NCBI GenBank assembly: GCA_009103225.1
Contig: RHPI01000638.1
Coordinates: forward strand, 1-64,000
Length of the DNA: 64,000 nucleotides
From: Chlorokybus atmophyticus
Lineage: Eukaryota > Plantae > Mesostigma and Chlorokybus algae
Reading direction: 5' to 3'
Below, one piece after another: positions 33,404 to 49,059 of the stretch (the stretch's first letter is position 1; every line of letters starts with the position of its first letter). The notes under the pieces were generated by a model that saw nothing but the letters and a program-made list of their open reading frames with translations, was not told the DNA's origin and made no database searches. The position numbers and the translations under genes were made by a program.

Positions 33404-34895
33404 CACCAGTAAAAATGGCCCCCCAACAATTCGGCCTTGGCCACAAATTAATTGGAGATCCAGCTATAACTTAATTGGGGATCCATATGTAAGCAATATA
33501 TCCATTTTTGCACTCTTTGCGGCTGCAGCCACAACTTTGTTTGGTATCAAGCTGCTATTAAGGTCAACTAGCTGGTGTGCATTAACTTCGGTATCCGTCT
33601 TTTCTTGAACTTAATAATAGCCACATCCTAAACTAATTATTGGGTAGATCATGTATTAAGGAGATTAATCTTAATGCGTGATCTAACCAGAAATGTTATG
33701 GCCGCAGTGCGCGGCGAAAAACTAAAAGAGCCACAGCACACGGATTTTCGTGTCTCCATCGACGAGTTTCCAACCTGCGCGGCAGCACCTGTTGCTTAGC
33801 AAGCAAAACCATACGACCCAACAACCGACCAGGTAGACTACGACGACACGAGACACCCTACCCCGCTTTTGTAAAGAATATAAGCTATAACGGCTGCATC
33901 AAATTGTCTCACGTGCCGTAATGCATGCATCACGCATGCACCAACAGCTGCATACAACGGCACTACCGGTATATGTATAAATACATATCTATATATATAC
34001 ATATACATATACATCTATATATTGATATACATATATATATATACATTTGAATATATCTTTGAATATACATGTATACACCGCGATATTTACATATATACCA
34101 CTCGTATAAAAAAGATAAAGGTGAAGGTGGATTGTACCAATATAAAAGGTGACTTGGGGAGAGAGACTTTGTTCGACTTGCCGTTTTGTCCAATCACAGC
34201 GCGAGATAATTGGCAAATGTTTGCATTATGCGCCCTGCGTCACCTGCTGGCGCAAGGTTGGTTGCGGAGCTCTGGTCAAGTCTTTACATGGTTACCTCAT
34301 GTGCTACCACGGTTTACCAATTATACATGCAAGTCGCAGCCTTCTACTTGCTTGCCCCGCGGCCTGCTACTAGCAGGTCGCGGGGCAAGCCATCAATAGG
34401 CCGCGGGGTTGTTGAACCGGCAAATTGGCAATGATGTGGTCGTAATTATTATGGTTTGTAACAATGGAAGGATTGACCTTAGCGTTCCGAGTTGTTATGT
34501 ACGAAGTCTCGTATCGTTGATGGAACCGGTCACAATTTCAATGATGATGTGTACAGCTTTAGCATGCAACCTGAATGCATTATAATGTTATCGTCGAGTC
34601 CTAATTGCATTTGGGAGTTAAGACGCACTATTAACAAATTGGTCACAACCGTAATTGCGACTTATACAAGTCTTTCTCACGGCATGAACCCTTCATTACG
34701 TAAACACCGAATCTTTAACATTGTTAGGGATCCGGTACTTACAATCGTCACCGGCGGATTGCCGTTTGTGACAAGTCGCATTAAATTCCGGCTGCAGCTA
34801 CAACAAACTTTGCGAAATTTGCAAATATTGTCCGGCTTCGTCCATTACAAAGTTACGGATCCAACCTGATTGGCCGAAACCCATTTCTACCGGTG
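33404..34895. mobile_element. Non-autonomous CACTA/EnSpm-like element, copy 2 (1492 bp)
   Basis: TIR CACCAGTAAAAATGG / CCATTTCTACCGGTG and 3-bp TSD AGT. The left 450 bp or so align with copy 1. AT-rich core. Confidence 0.85.
33752..33847 (-). other. Degenerate tRNA-like cassette inside MITE copy 2
   Basis: Minus strand GTCGTCGTAGTCTACCTGG ... GCAGGTTGGAAACTCGTCGATGGAGAC, at the same position as in copy 1. Confidence 0.4.
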
Positions 34896-35384
34896 AGTTG
34901 GTGGAGTAATATGATGCTTTGCTTTTATTGCGGTTCAGGGAGCCGTTAATGTGGAGCAGGATATCCACGGGACCGTCACCTGCTTCGCATTGGAAGCTCA
35001 AATATGTCATACCTGACACACGCATGCACCGCATGCCATGCAGGCACGCATGGACGCTGTGTTGGCGTGTCATTGAGACATACACCGAAACGCCATTTTG
35101 TATCTCTTTCTCCCACAATGCCTATGCAAACAGACAGCATCGCTTAGATAAACGCCATTATCCACATGTTCGTTGTTATTATGATCTGCTTACAAGGGCT
35201 GCCGGCCACGGTGCAGCTGCTTCATGCTGACAAAGTCCTGCAGGGCCTTCTTCCCTTCAGGCGTGTGGCCTGTTGTGTACATTGTGTATGTGCGTACGTT
35301 TGATACGTATGCAACCTACTTACAAGAGTTACACATGTAGTGTGTCGATCCGTGTGCGTGCATGTGCCGGTGAGTGCGTGATTG

Positions 35385-35902
35385 TGTTAGAAGTTGGCTT
35401 GCATAGTTGCATTGTTGAGTGCATATTATGGACAAGTTCGGTCAGCTTGAAATGGCTAAGTCCTTGAGTGTACTACTGGTCATAGTATAAGGACTGATAT
35501 CGAGCAGCTGCGAGTCCAGTGGCCAATATTTGAACAGTGTGCAACGCGGAGTGCGAGCAAGCCCGAAGACTCCGGACTTGGCTGAGGCTGGTGCAGCCCA
35601 GAGCTCCAGAAGGAGGGCAAGAACTCCGAGTGTAGTTTGTCTTATGGCGCGTGGCATAGCTTATTCGGAAGCGTGTGAAGCTAGCTACATGGTATAACTA
35701 ATAGCGCTGCGTTTTGCTGAGTATAGTTTACGTGGTGCTTGCGAGAGTAAACGTTTATAGGGACTATCGGGGTACAAAAGCCGGTAAACTCATGGTAATC
35801 TAAGCTTGTTGTGCGTGCTTATGCTCATGGTTTAGCATGCGTGTGTGTATCGGTGTTTGCACCGGCTCCATGCATGTGTAGTTGTTTGTCCGAATCTCAA
35901 CA
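35385..35902 (+). repeat. Solo LTR related to copia A/D LTRs
   Basis: Bounded TGTTAG...TCAACA; shares CGAAGACTCCGGAC and CGTGGCATAGCTT with the LTR at 1866-2267. Flanks GATTG/ATTTG are only an imperfect TSD. Confidence 0.65.
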
Positions 35903-38207
35903 ATTTGCACACTGTGCGTGGGCGTATTGCTTGGACATGGACATGCAATACGCCCACGCATACATAAGGCTGTGCGTATGCACATCATGTGTCAAAACAC
36001 AGTACCGATGTAGTCGCCAGCCAGCAGGTGGTCCAAGTCCTTGACACTGCGCGTGCCAGCCCAACTAGCCAACGCAAGTCGCGCACATTGTCAATACAGC
36101 CTCCCGCCTGGGACACAACACGCAGCGTACTATTGAGTGTGCGGCTGGACACGCACACGCACACGCACACGCACACGCATACGCACACGCACACGCACAC
36201 GCACACACGCATGTACACACGCACGCATGCATACGCATCTCCCGCTTGCTATCGTCGGTCTCGCTCTGGTGACACTGAGCGATTCTGTTGTTGAGGATGA
36301 AGCCCATCATGGTTGTGGTTGTTGAAAGTGGCAAGAAGAGCGCACACACTCCAGGTGAACGGACTATTTCCTCGACATACTGCAGCTTGGCCAACTGATC
36401 ATGACAGCATGGGAGGGGGGGAGGTGGTGTGCGCGTTGTGGTGTCATGTCGCGCGTGCACGTGCTTATGCGTGTGTGCGCATGCCATGGTAGTACCCTAC
36501 TATGCCCAACCTTTGGCATCAACATTGGCATGGTCCAGCTGTTATGTTGTCTTGAGAGCCTCCGTGGGTGGGTTGGGGGGCGTGGAGGGGCACACCTTAC
36601 ACACAGAATGTAAGAAGTGGATAAATCAGTGGTGGCATCTATACAACAGTGGTGTGCGAGTGGGGTCCTGCCGCAACCACTCTTTCCGTTGCGCCACAAA
36701 CTTCGAGAAGCGCTTCGACAATGCACACGATTCTGAGAGCACGCGGAAACAGGAAGGGCGTTGGTGTGAAAGCAATTGACCGGTCGCACTTTCTGTGCGC
36801 AGCAACTTTATACACGCATGCATACTTAGTAGATGGGCAGTATCATTGCGTGCACGCTTTGGTGCCTTTGTGCCACCTGTTCGCAGCAACAGCCTACAGC
36901 CTAAGTGCTTGCATGTAGTTCTGCGCTCTTGTATGCGTGTCCACATGCCTGTATGTACCTGTGTGCGCATGTGTCTGCGTGGCTGTGTGCGTGTACACAC
37001 GCACGCACATGCATTCGCCATGTGCCAAGCATCACTCCAGCCATCTGTACGCATACATACACACGCACGCAGGCATGCACGCACGCACGGTTAAAGAGGG
37101 GTGCACGCACCCACCAGTCCATCATATTGCTGTTGCCTACCACCGTCCCCACTCCAGCATGCCATTGACTGGTGGTGTGACGAGTTCTGTGTCACCATGT
37201 AATCGACATCAACAACAAGAGCAACAACAACTCGACGACGACAATCAATGATGATAATTGTATTGTCGCAAGCAGCGCTGTATGCATGCTGGCATGCTAT
37301 AAACAACAAAATCAGCACTGGCTCAAGAACCACAGCACACACACACGTACATGGCACACCTCCCATGACACAAACTACATGCATGCACGCCAACGGCACA
37401 CATTCATGCACGTCTGCAGCACGTAGTAGTTGCATTAGGCCCCTTAGCTAGCACCCTCTGGCGCTGATAAGTAGTTCTAACGCTTTCCTTGCCTTTTGGC
37501 TCTGTTGCTTGCATGGGTAGTGACTCCGAGAATGCACATTGCATGTTGACGCACATGTGTGGCTTGCATGTATGGCACAGTTCAATAAATGCACGTAACA
37601 CCTCCCATCTTACCTCCACATGCATGCATGCACGTCGTCCACCATCACCCCTAGCCCAGCATGAGACACAGCATGACCCAAGGACGCACACTTATTGCTC
37701 TGCATCCGTTTGTGTGCCAGCATGTGAATCATGGACTCCCAGATGTCTGCAAGACGCAGGGGGCACGCTTGCATGCGGCTCTGCCCTCCAGACAGCTGGG
37801 AACCCATACTTCACACGCAGATACACGAACGCATGCTACACTGCACCCCTCCCTCCCCACCTTACCCCCCCACCACAAGGACAGTAACAGTCATCACATG
37901 GACTACCCCAAGCGACCAACAACGACGCCCACAACCACCACCACAACAACCCACACAACTGCCTCGAGAACCTACCCCTGCACCCAGCGCCCATCACCCT
38001 GCACACCTTCAACAACTCTTCTGACCACCAAACGCCCAGAAACAGTGCAGCAGCAGGAGATGGCCATTTTACCCATACCATACTTAGCGCCTTGGCGTAG
38101 TCACAGCAAGGGGCAATGCAGGGCGCTGAGCACTGAATATTGACGTGTGTTACCAGTTCGATTCATGTACATTGTCATACACATCCAACACCGTGTGTGG
38201 CCCTTCA

Positions 38208-39591
38208 TCAAGCAGCGGATATTGCGCCTTCCCGCTTCGACGACGCCTCTCGCGTGCCGATATCATCGACGTCCACCACCAGCGCGCATGCCCGGTATCC
38301 GTGTCGGTCGATGTCAGCGACATCGACGCTGCGGCGCCGATAACGATACAGGCCACCCGCCCTGCTCCCCTGCAGTGGCAGCGCATCACACGCAAGGAAG
38401 AAGTTGTCATCATTGATGCCGTTGTTGTTGTTGTCGACATCGACGTTGTCGTGCGCGACGACGACGGGGCGTGAGCGCTGTGAGCGCAGCATGCGGAAGC
38501 GGCTGGGGCGGGTCAGGCAGAGGCTGGTGAGGCAGGCGGCCAGCACGGAGGGGAGGAGGTGGAGCTGGTCTGTTGGTGCCAAGGACGAGTTGTGGGTGTG
38601 GATGATGTGTGTGTTTTGTGTGCGCGTATGCCCAGGAAAGCATTACGTACCACGCACACGCACACGCATACATACACACGCACCGCACAGCACGACGAGG
38701 ATGATGCTGGATCCCAGGGGCGTCCGCGTGACCGCGCAGCAGAGAGCCCCACCCACGCACATTGTTGCCAACACCTGTCATCACTGCTGCTGTTGCTGAT
38801 GATGCTTGTGATGGGGGTGATCACGTGATCATTGACGACAACTACACGCAATATGTGCGTGTGTAGTGTGCGTGCATGTCTATGGGTACCGGGTGCAGTG
38901 AGGGGATGAGGGCGTGGAGCGCCATGCCCGCAGCGGAGCCCGCCAGGAAGAAGGGAAAGATAAACCCGCCCCTGGGAAAGAAGTTTGTCAGGGGTGTCTC
39001 TCACTCATGCACCAACTCATCCAACACCCCCACCTGAACCCCCCGTGCTCCGCGAGGCTGATGGCCAGCAGCTTCCCGGCGCAGACGGCCGCGTTGGGCA
39101 GCCAGGTCGACTGGTCGTAAGATAACAACGGCTGCTTTGGCCAGATGTGGGGGAGGGGGGTGGCGCCGGCGTCGATCACGGACTGGACCTCTGTGTGAGT
39201 ATGTGTTTGTGTCGGCCTGATGGACTTCATGAACTCGCGCGCGTGCGCACGCATGAACGCACGCATTTGCACACATACACATGCGCACGCATTCACATAC
39301 GTGCACGCACGCACGCACGTTCACATGTGCCGTACCATACTCGCCCCACATGAAGGTCTGGGGCAGGAGGACCCCGAGTATGCCTATAGCGAGGCCGCTG
39401 AGGGTGGCTGCGGCTATGGTCGCTGCGGCGTGTTTGTCGTTGTGCTTGAGGCTCTGCCTCTCGTTGTTGCTGGTGGGAGAGGGAAGCGTGGCTTCGCTGT
39501 TGTTGTGCCTGTGTGCACCTTCACTGGAGTGCTGAGGGTACACATGCCCCAGAAGCCTGTGCATCTGCGGACACCCCCCGCGCATGCGCGC

Positions 39592-39661
<70 letters not shown>

Positions 39662-41396
39662 AGCCCCCACCTCTATGAACAATATTGCAAGCGCTGCGCC
39701 GACGACTCCAAGAGCCACGCCGATGAACATGTGCCCCACTGTCTGGCGGCCAAGGTCGCTGGGGAACTTCCAGATGCCTCTAAATACATGATATCATTAT
39801 TCTACAGGAGTGTCAATAACATACTGACACGCGCGCGCGCACGGGCACACGCACGCACACTCAGCCACACTGCACTTTGCACACACACGCACGCATGCCC
39901 TCCCCCCCACCCCANNNNNNNNNNNNNNNNNNNNNNNNNNNNNNNNNNNNNNNNNNNNNNNNNNNNNNNNNNNNNNNNNNNNNNNNNNNNNNNNNNNNNN
40001 NNNNNNNNNNNNNNNNNNNNNNNNNNNNNNNNNNNNNNNNNNNNNNNNNNNNNNNNNNNNNNNNNNNNNNNNNNNNNNNNNNNNNNNNNNNNNNNNNNNN
40101 NNNNNNNNNNNNNNNNNNNNNNNNNNNNNNNNNNNNNNNNNNNNNNNNNNNNNNNNNNNNNNNNNNNNNNNNNNNNNNNNNCCCCCCACACACATCCGCA
40201 CCCACCCCAGCTTGATCCCCATGACGGCGTGGTAGGCTGCGTCGCAGGCCGTTGCGCTCACCACCGCGTAGGTCATGCTCTCGTAGTACTCCAGGCCCAT
40301 GCGATGGGCGACCTGCTTGCATGCGTTGAGTTGTGTTGGTACAGGGTGATGACAACAAGATCAACATCAGCACCTCCAAGGCGAAGAGCGCGCCGCCGAG
40401 GAACACTCCGAAAAATGCCGCAAATCCACAGGCCTGGGGAAGATGAGAAGGTCATGGTTGGGGCCCCCACAGGTGCATGCGGTGCGTGCATCGACATGCG
40501 CACATTGTTGCATCGTGCGAGAATCGTGCAACCATTCACTCCACATTTTTCATGCGCTGTAGCCGAACGAAGTGCGCGCGCCCGTGTAGGTGCGTGGACT
40601 CACCATGCCACACAGCGTCGCGGTCCGCAGCACCCCCCTCCCTCCCTTCTGCCCCAACCACTTTGTGGCCACCCACCCGCCCACGATTGCGCACATCAGC
40701 ACGATCGGGGCCTCCGGTCCCAGGGAGCCGCCGCCGGTGATCGAAAGGAGAGAGACCAGGAGCATCGGGAGGAAATGTTGGGTGGGGACGTAGCCCTTCT
40801 CATGCAGGCACTCCACGATGAGCGGCAGGTTCCCCGGCTCGTCTGGCAGCAGCGCAAGCGCAACTCCAACAGAAAATCCTAGTAGTGTGGAAACCAGGGG
40901 CACGTAGAGGTGGTATAGGGGGTGAGGCTGGCCTTGTGTGAAAGGAAGGAGGAGACGAGTGGGCACGTACTCCCACACTATGTGGAGGCAGGACTCCAGG
41001 GCCACGTAGTACGCGCACGACACAAGCGCGCACAACACGCTGACGGGAGAGGGGGGAAGTGGAGATGATATTGGTTTGTTGTCTTGGGCTCAGCGAAGGT
41101 GCACCGACACATGCACGCGCGCATCGCAACACTCACCCGAGCACAAGCGCCAGGGTCAGGCTGGTTGCATGCACGCTGCGTGGCACAGGGATGCAGCGCA
41201 CGGCCTCCCTTAATCTCTGTGTTACGAACGATGTCACAGCACTGTTTGCGTCCCTGCCTCCGCCCACCTTCTGCCTCTCCCTCTCCCACTCCCTCTCCCT
41301 CTGCATATCCTCCTCGCCAGAATTGCAATTCTTCTTGCCCGCCTCCTCGTCGTCCCTGACCTCCTCCACCGCAGCCAACAAAGGCCGCCCATCCAT
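38208..41396 (-). CDS. CLC-family anion channel/H+ antiporter, bacterial-like (multi-exon; contains an N-gap)
   Basis: Motifs EPGNLP, LSITGGGSLGPEAP, AFFGVFLGGALFALE, GLEYYE, LLPQTFMWGE, KLLAISLAEHGGFR, LLPSVLAACLTS. Confidence 0.8.
39594..39657. repeat. (AG)n microsatellite in a CLC intron
   Basis: Directly read. Confidence 0.95.
39915..40180. other. Assembly gap (N run); further gaps at 54066-54213, 59857-60380 and 62990-63118
   Basis: N characters. Confidence 0.99.
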
Positions 41397-43801
41397 TATG
41401 AGGACAACGACAACAGCAATAACACAACCTGTACCCACAACACAACAACAGCCAGAGCAACAATGACACCAGCGATAGTGTCACTAACAACAACAACAAC
41501 AAGCACGACAACAGGTATGCGGCCGCGCATGCATCCAAGAGACAAAGCTGCAGGCACACGTGAGAGGAAAGTGCGGAAGTTGTGGAAAAGGTTAGTAGCA
41601 ACGTTTGAACTTCCAGAACCTCAGATACACCACTTTCACTTATGACTCATCAAGTCATGAGATACCGACGTAATGACCGCCTAGAGTTACGCCGGTACCT
41701 CAGATACCAGCACAGCGCCATGAAGATCACCGGCGGTGGCGGTGGCAGCCGGCAACGGCCTCCGGTGTATGATGACTCTTTGAGTCTACGACAAGATCAT
41801 CCTACACGCCCTCAAGTACTCGAGCCAGGTAGGCATGCCCAGTAGTCTAGACACAGGCACGCAATGGTTTTTTGTAAATGTTGGTGTTGCTAATGTGTTG
41901 CTGATGTTGTTGTTGTTGCTCTTGTTGTTGTCATGCACATATGCAATGGTCATGCACTGAATGCTGCCGCATGCGGCATACACATGTATAAAAATACATA
42001 TAAGTAATTTTTAACAACTTTTATATAAGTGTACATGCCGGCATATATACATGTACGTAGCTGTGCACATGTGAATGGTGTGTTGGTGGGTCGGGTGGCA
42101 GCCAATGGCAAGCTGGTGGACGTGGTGCCGCTGTTCCAGCTGGCGCTGGCGCTGACATAGGTGCAAGTGAGTGCGTGCGTGCGTGCGTGCGTGCGTGTGG
42201 CCTATATATGTATATATATATATACATATATTTACATAAATATATGTGTGTGTGTATATTTATGGCGCGTGCACGCCCACACCCATGCGTGCAAATGCAT
42301 ATGTGCATACAGGCATTAGGATGCGGAGCTGCACACTACTAATTGCGAGTGTCTTGTATACAGTCTCATGATATGGGTGGTAAGTGTTACCCGGCACCCT
42401 CCATTTGTGGTTGCTGTTCTGCCTTTACCGGGTACAAAGGTGAACACATTGCCTACACGTTCGGTAGAGTGGTTCTCACCACTAGGGCGAATATATATTA
42501 TATACATATTATTTGTCCGATATAATTACTGGAGAGGGAGACATGCACTTCTCGGTTGGTATCACTTAAGTACTGCACACACCCAAGCAGTTGAACTCCC
42601 ATGCAATCGTGCTGTCTTATGTCGCAACATAGTGGCTGAGAGTGATAAAGCCTTGCTTATTAGCCGTGACACTTGTTGTGCATGCGATTTGTTGTACACA
42701 CGTACACGTTAGATAACAAGGCTGGCAACCCTACACGACAGCAGACATAGTGTTATTCTTGGCAGTAGGTTACTCCCCGATATCCCCCTCTCTGCGTGCG
42801 TGCGTGCGTTCGAGCGTGCGTGCGTGGTTGGTGTTGAAGAGGCAAAGGTATTGGTGTTCGCGTTTGGCAGCTATTTCAGTTGATCAAGCCGTGTGCATTT
42901 GAAGCATATACGCACACATGCATGCATCGCACTAGTTGTTGGGGAATTGGCTTGCGGTATGACTACATGAAATGACATGTGCAATAATGTGTAAATCCAT
43001 TGTGCTTGCTCGTGCCGCTGTGGCACAAGAAACAACGCTTTTCAGGTAGCTGTCAACCTGCTTGGTGGCCCTCAACAGCTCGGAGTTGCACCCCCGCAGA
43101 ATGTGTCGTGATTGTTGTCTGGATTGTGAGTATGTGACAACAATGATTTAAATACACCATCTGAGTATTTCGGCCACCAACAACTAAGTATCATACACAT
43201 TCATAGCTGCAATGGCAACCGCAGAAGCGGTAGTGGTACGCACGCTTTGAGCAGTGCATACAAGTGCCCACATGGTTATCTGTCGCGCACACAACAAAAC
43301 AAGCAGTTCAACAGCAGCAACAGCAAAGCCTTCAAGGGCCTCAGAGCCAATCAGCACTCGTATCCCCTTCCACTCCCCTCTTCTTGCCACACCCACACAC
43401 ACTCTGATAATGTATGTATATACATGTGCCCTCTCCCTAGCTGGACGCACGCGTTGTGTCCTGCCGAACCTAGGACCTGTGTTATGTATTCAGTCGACAA
43501 GTACTTCGTACCTAGGCTTGACTAGTTCATCGCATGCACGAGTGATATTCCTATTCAGTCAAATGGGCGAACGGACCACAAACATCCCATCACCACCACC
43601 GCAACAACAACAAGTGCTTGTGTGGAAAATCGCCCGACCACTTCAACAAGCCACAAACATGTGTGGCTTATATGATCTCATACTGTGGCAATTTGCATCG
43701 TCATGTTGCTCGTAAGCGCATTTCAGTCGTGTGTCTTACACATGGCATCATCACCTGTTACAGTATTAGTTGAACCACGAGTTGATCCGATGCAAGCGCT
43801 C

Positions 43802-46730
<2,929 letters not shown>

Positions 46731-46999
46731 CTGAAACCAATAACCAATAAAGACTCACTCATTGCGCTCGCTTACAACATGCTCGCGTGGAACTCAAGTG
46801 ACACAAACAAACCTCCTTCGCGGTGGATGGGATGACAGGATCATCTGCAGACTGTTTCCTGCAACAGAGATATGTTTGATATGCGTTGATTGTTGAAAGT
46901 GTGACAGCGATGTTCTGCTTTGTGTTACTCACAGCGGTGATGTCTCTGAGGTTGTCTCATGGACAACGCTGTCATCTTGCAGAATCTGCACGCGCCTGT

Positions 47000-48062
47000 T
47001 GGCTCCCAACCGCTTCACAAGCTGCAACCAAGGACCTCATGTTGGTGAAGGATTGTCAAAAAGGAACGGGCATTGGCAAGGCATTATGTGTCCTGAGCTT
47101 GAGCTGGTGCAGTGTGCGTGTGGTGTTGGTATTTGGCATGCAATCTGCACGACGACACCTCCACGTTGGGTTTGCACGAGATGGCCCCGCCGTCTTGCGC
47201 GTATCTGGCGTCGCAGTCCACCTGTGTGTCCGCACCAACAAAGCGACACCGCAGCCGAGGCGCCGACTCTGCAGTGCCGCAACAATTGCCAACATGCCAT
47301 AAGTGTGTGCGCGAGGAGGCTGCCCGAGGCACCAGCAGGTGCCAGCGAAGAGCACTAGAATAGCGCTGCGGTCGTGTGCGTGTGCGAGTGCAGTGCACAC
47401 TGCGCGCACACGCGCATGCGTGTGCGCTCGCGCGCGTACGTGCGTGTGTGTGCTTGTGCGCGCACGTATGCTTGCCTGCATCGTTGACGACACCTTGCAG
47501 ACCCGTCGCGCAGCAGAACTCCAGCGGGCTCGCCTCCGTGGCTCTCTCCACACTACACAAGCCAACACAACAGTCAGTCAAACAGTGCAATGCGGCACGA
47601 TGATGGCGACCCCGCGACATTCGAGACATGAGACGCTCACCTGATCTCAGTGCTCCCGTGATCCTGCGCGTTTGCTGGTGAGCCGTCCCACGATGACGAC
47701 GCGCACATCACGCAGCTGTCCGACGCGCGCACGACTTCCATGGTTGCGCCTTCCTGCTGCAGCTCTCGCAGCACCTGCGATGTGGGTGATGACATTCCGT
47801 CCCTTTTGGGGGAGCGCGCACGCACGCACGCACACACAGACATAGTCACCTGCTCATCGGGCAGGCAAGAGACGGTCTTCTCGGAGTGACTGTACTCTGC
47901 CGGCACCTCCAGCGAGTTGGTTGCGGTGCGGAAGCGGCAGCGCAATGCGCCTGATCCCGCCTGCCCCGCGGCAAGATGGACAGCGCAGGTGACGACACCA
48001 AGCAGCTCCATGACAAGCAAGAACCAACCTCCCTGAGACACACAATCGGCGAGTCGTGGCAT
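47000..48062 (-). CDS. Putative small multi-exon gene of unknown function (possibly secreted)
   Basis: Hydrophobic leader and two similar LRCRF..V.C segments separated by repeat-rich intron-like sequence. Confidence 0.3.
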
Positions 48063-49059
48063 GGGGAATCATCCCCGTTGTTCTAAAAGTGGATAGACAC
48101 TATGTGATGATGATGCCAGATTGAAGCAGCAGTAGAGACTGGTGAAGCAGGCGGATCGGGCGGAGGGGAGATGTGTGCAATGCGATGTCGACATCTGACC
48201 AGCACTGACTGTGGATGATGAGTCTCTCCTCCTTAAACAGCTCAACAAACAGGCAAACAGCCATGCGCGACCGCAAGCAACCTACACACGTGTGACTGCA
48301 GCAATGCCCAGCCCCCGGATCCACCCTCTTTGTCCACACGAGACACCAGTCCACCACAGCTGCTACCACTTCTTGCACCGCCGCAGCTCTGCCGCCATGG
48401 GCACGCCCGACACCGCCGCCGCCGCCTGTTCTAGACTGTTTCGCACAGCAGTGTGCATGGCATGCCAGTCTACCCTGGATGTAGTGACCACGAATGTCTG
48501 GAGGTATTTTCTCATTACACGGAGGTGTCGTTCTTTCGATGTGACGGTCGGTCAGTATAATGCATTGATGTTATATAGTGACCGGATTGATTACCGGGTA
48601 GCAATAGTAAAGTCATCAAAGATACAGTAAGCAAGAATTGCATTCACCAAGTGCCGGACATCTTTATGTACTGACAATTGATTATTAGATCGAAGTGTCA
48701 TGCAACGACAACTGGTCACTATAACGCGGCTTGCAAACCCTGATCAGTGCATTTCATGCTTGTTGCCCTCTTTAGTGACGCTCCCTACTAGCACCGATTG
48801 TCCTTACAGGGAGTGCGATAGTCATTACAAAGGCGGAAATTTGCCTCGTGTAGAATCCTTAGTCAGTATTTTGCCAGTATATAAGAGGGTGTCGAAAGAA
48901 AGAGTGCGATTACAGCGAGGGTAGACTGTCTCTGACAGCATATGCGCTCGCGGCGCCAAAGTTGTCGATGTCGGCGACTTGAAGTGTTTGATATCGAGAC
49001 ATCGAGTGATGATCCAGTGAAGGCCGGGCGGCGGCAACGGCGGTGTCGTGTGCGTGAGG

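Noticed and set aside
35950-38150. Numerous overlapping short ORFs (also 51400-52900)
   Set aside because: Low-complexity CA/GT-rich sequence with no family motifs; a hidden gene cannot be excluded.
39731-40882. ORFs spanning N runs (also 53782-54274, 59775-60437, 62776-63238)
   Set aside because: Their length is an artefact of Ns hiding stop codons.
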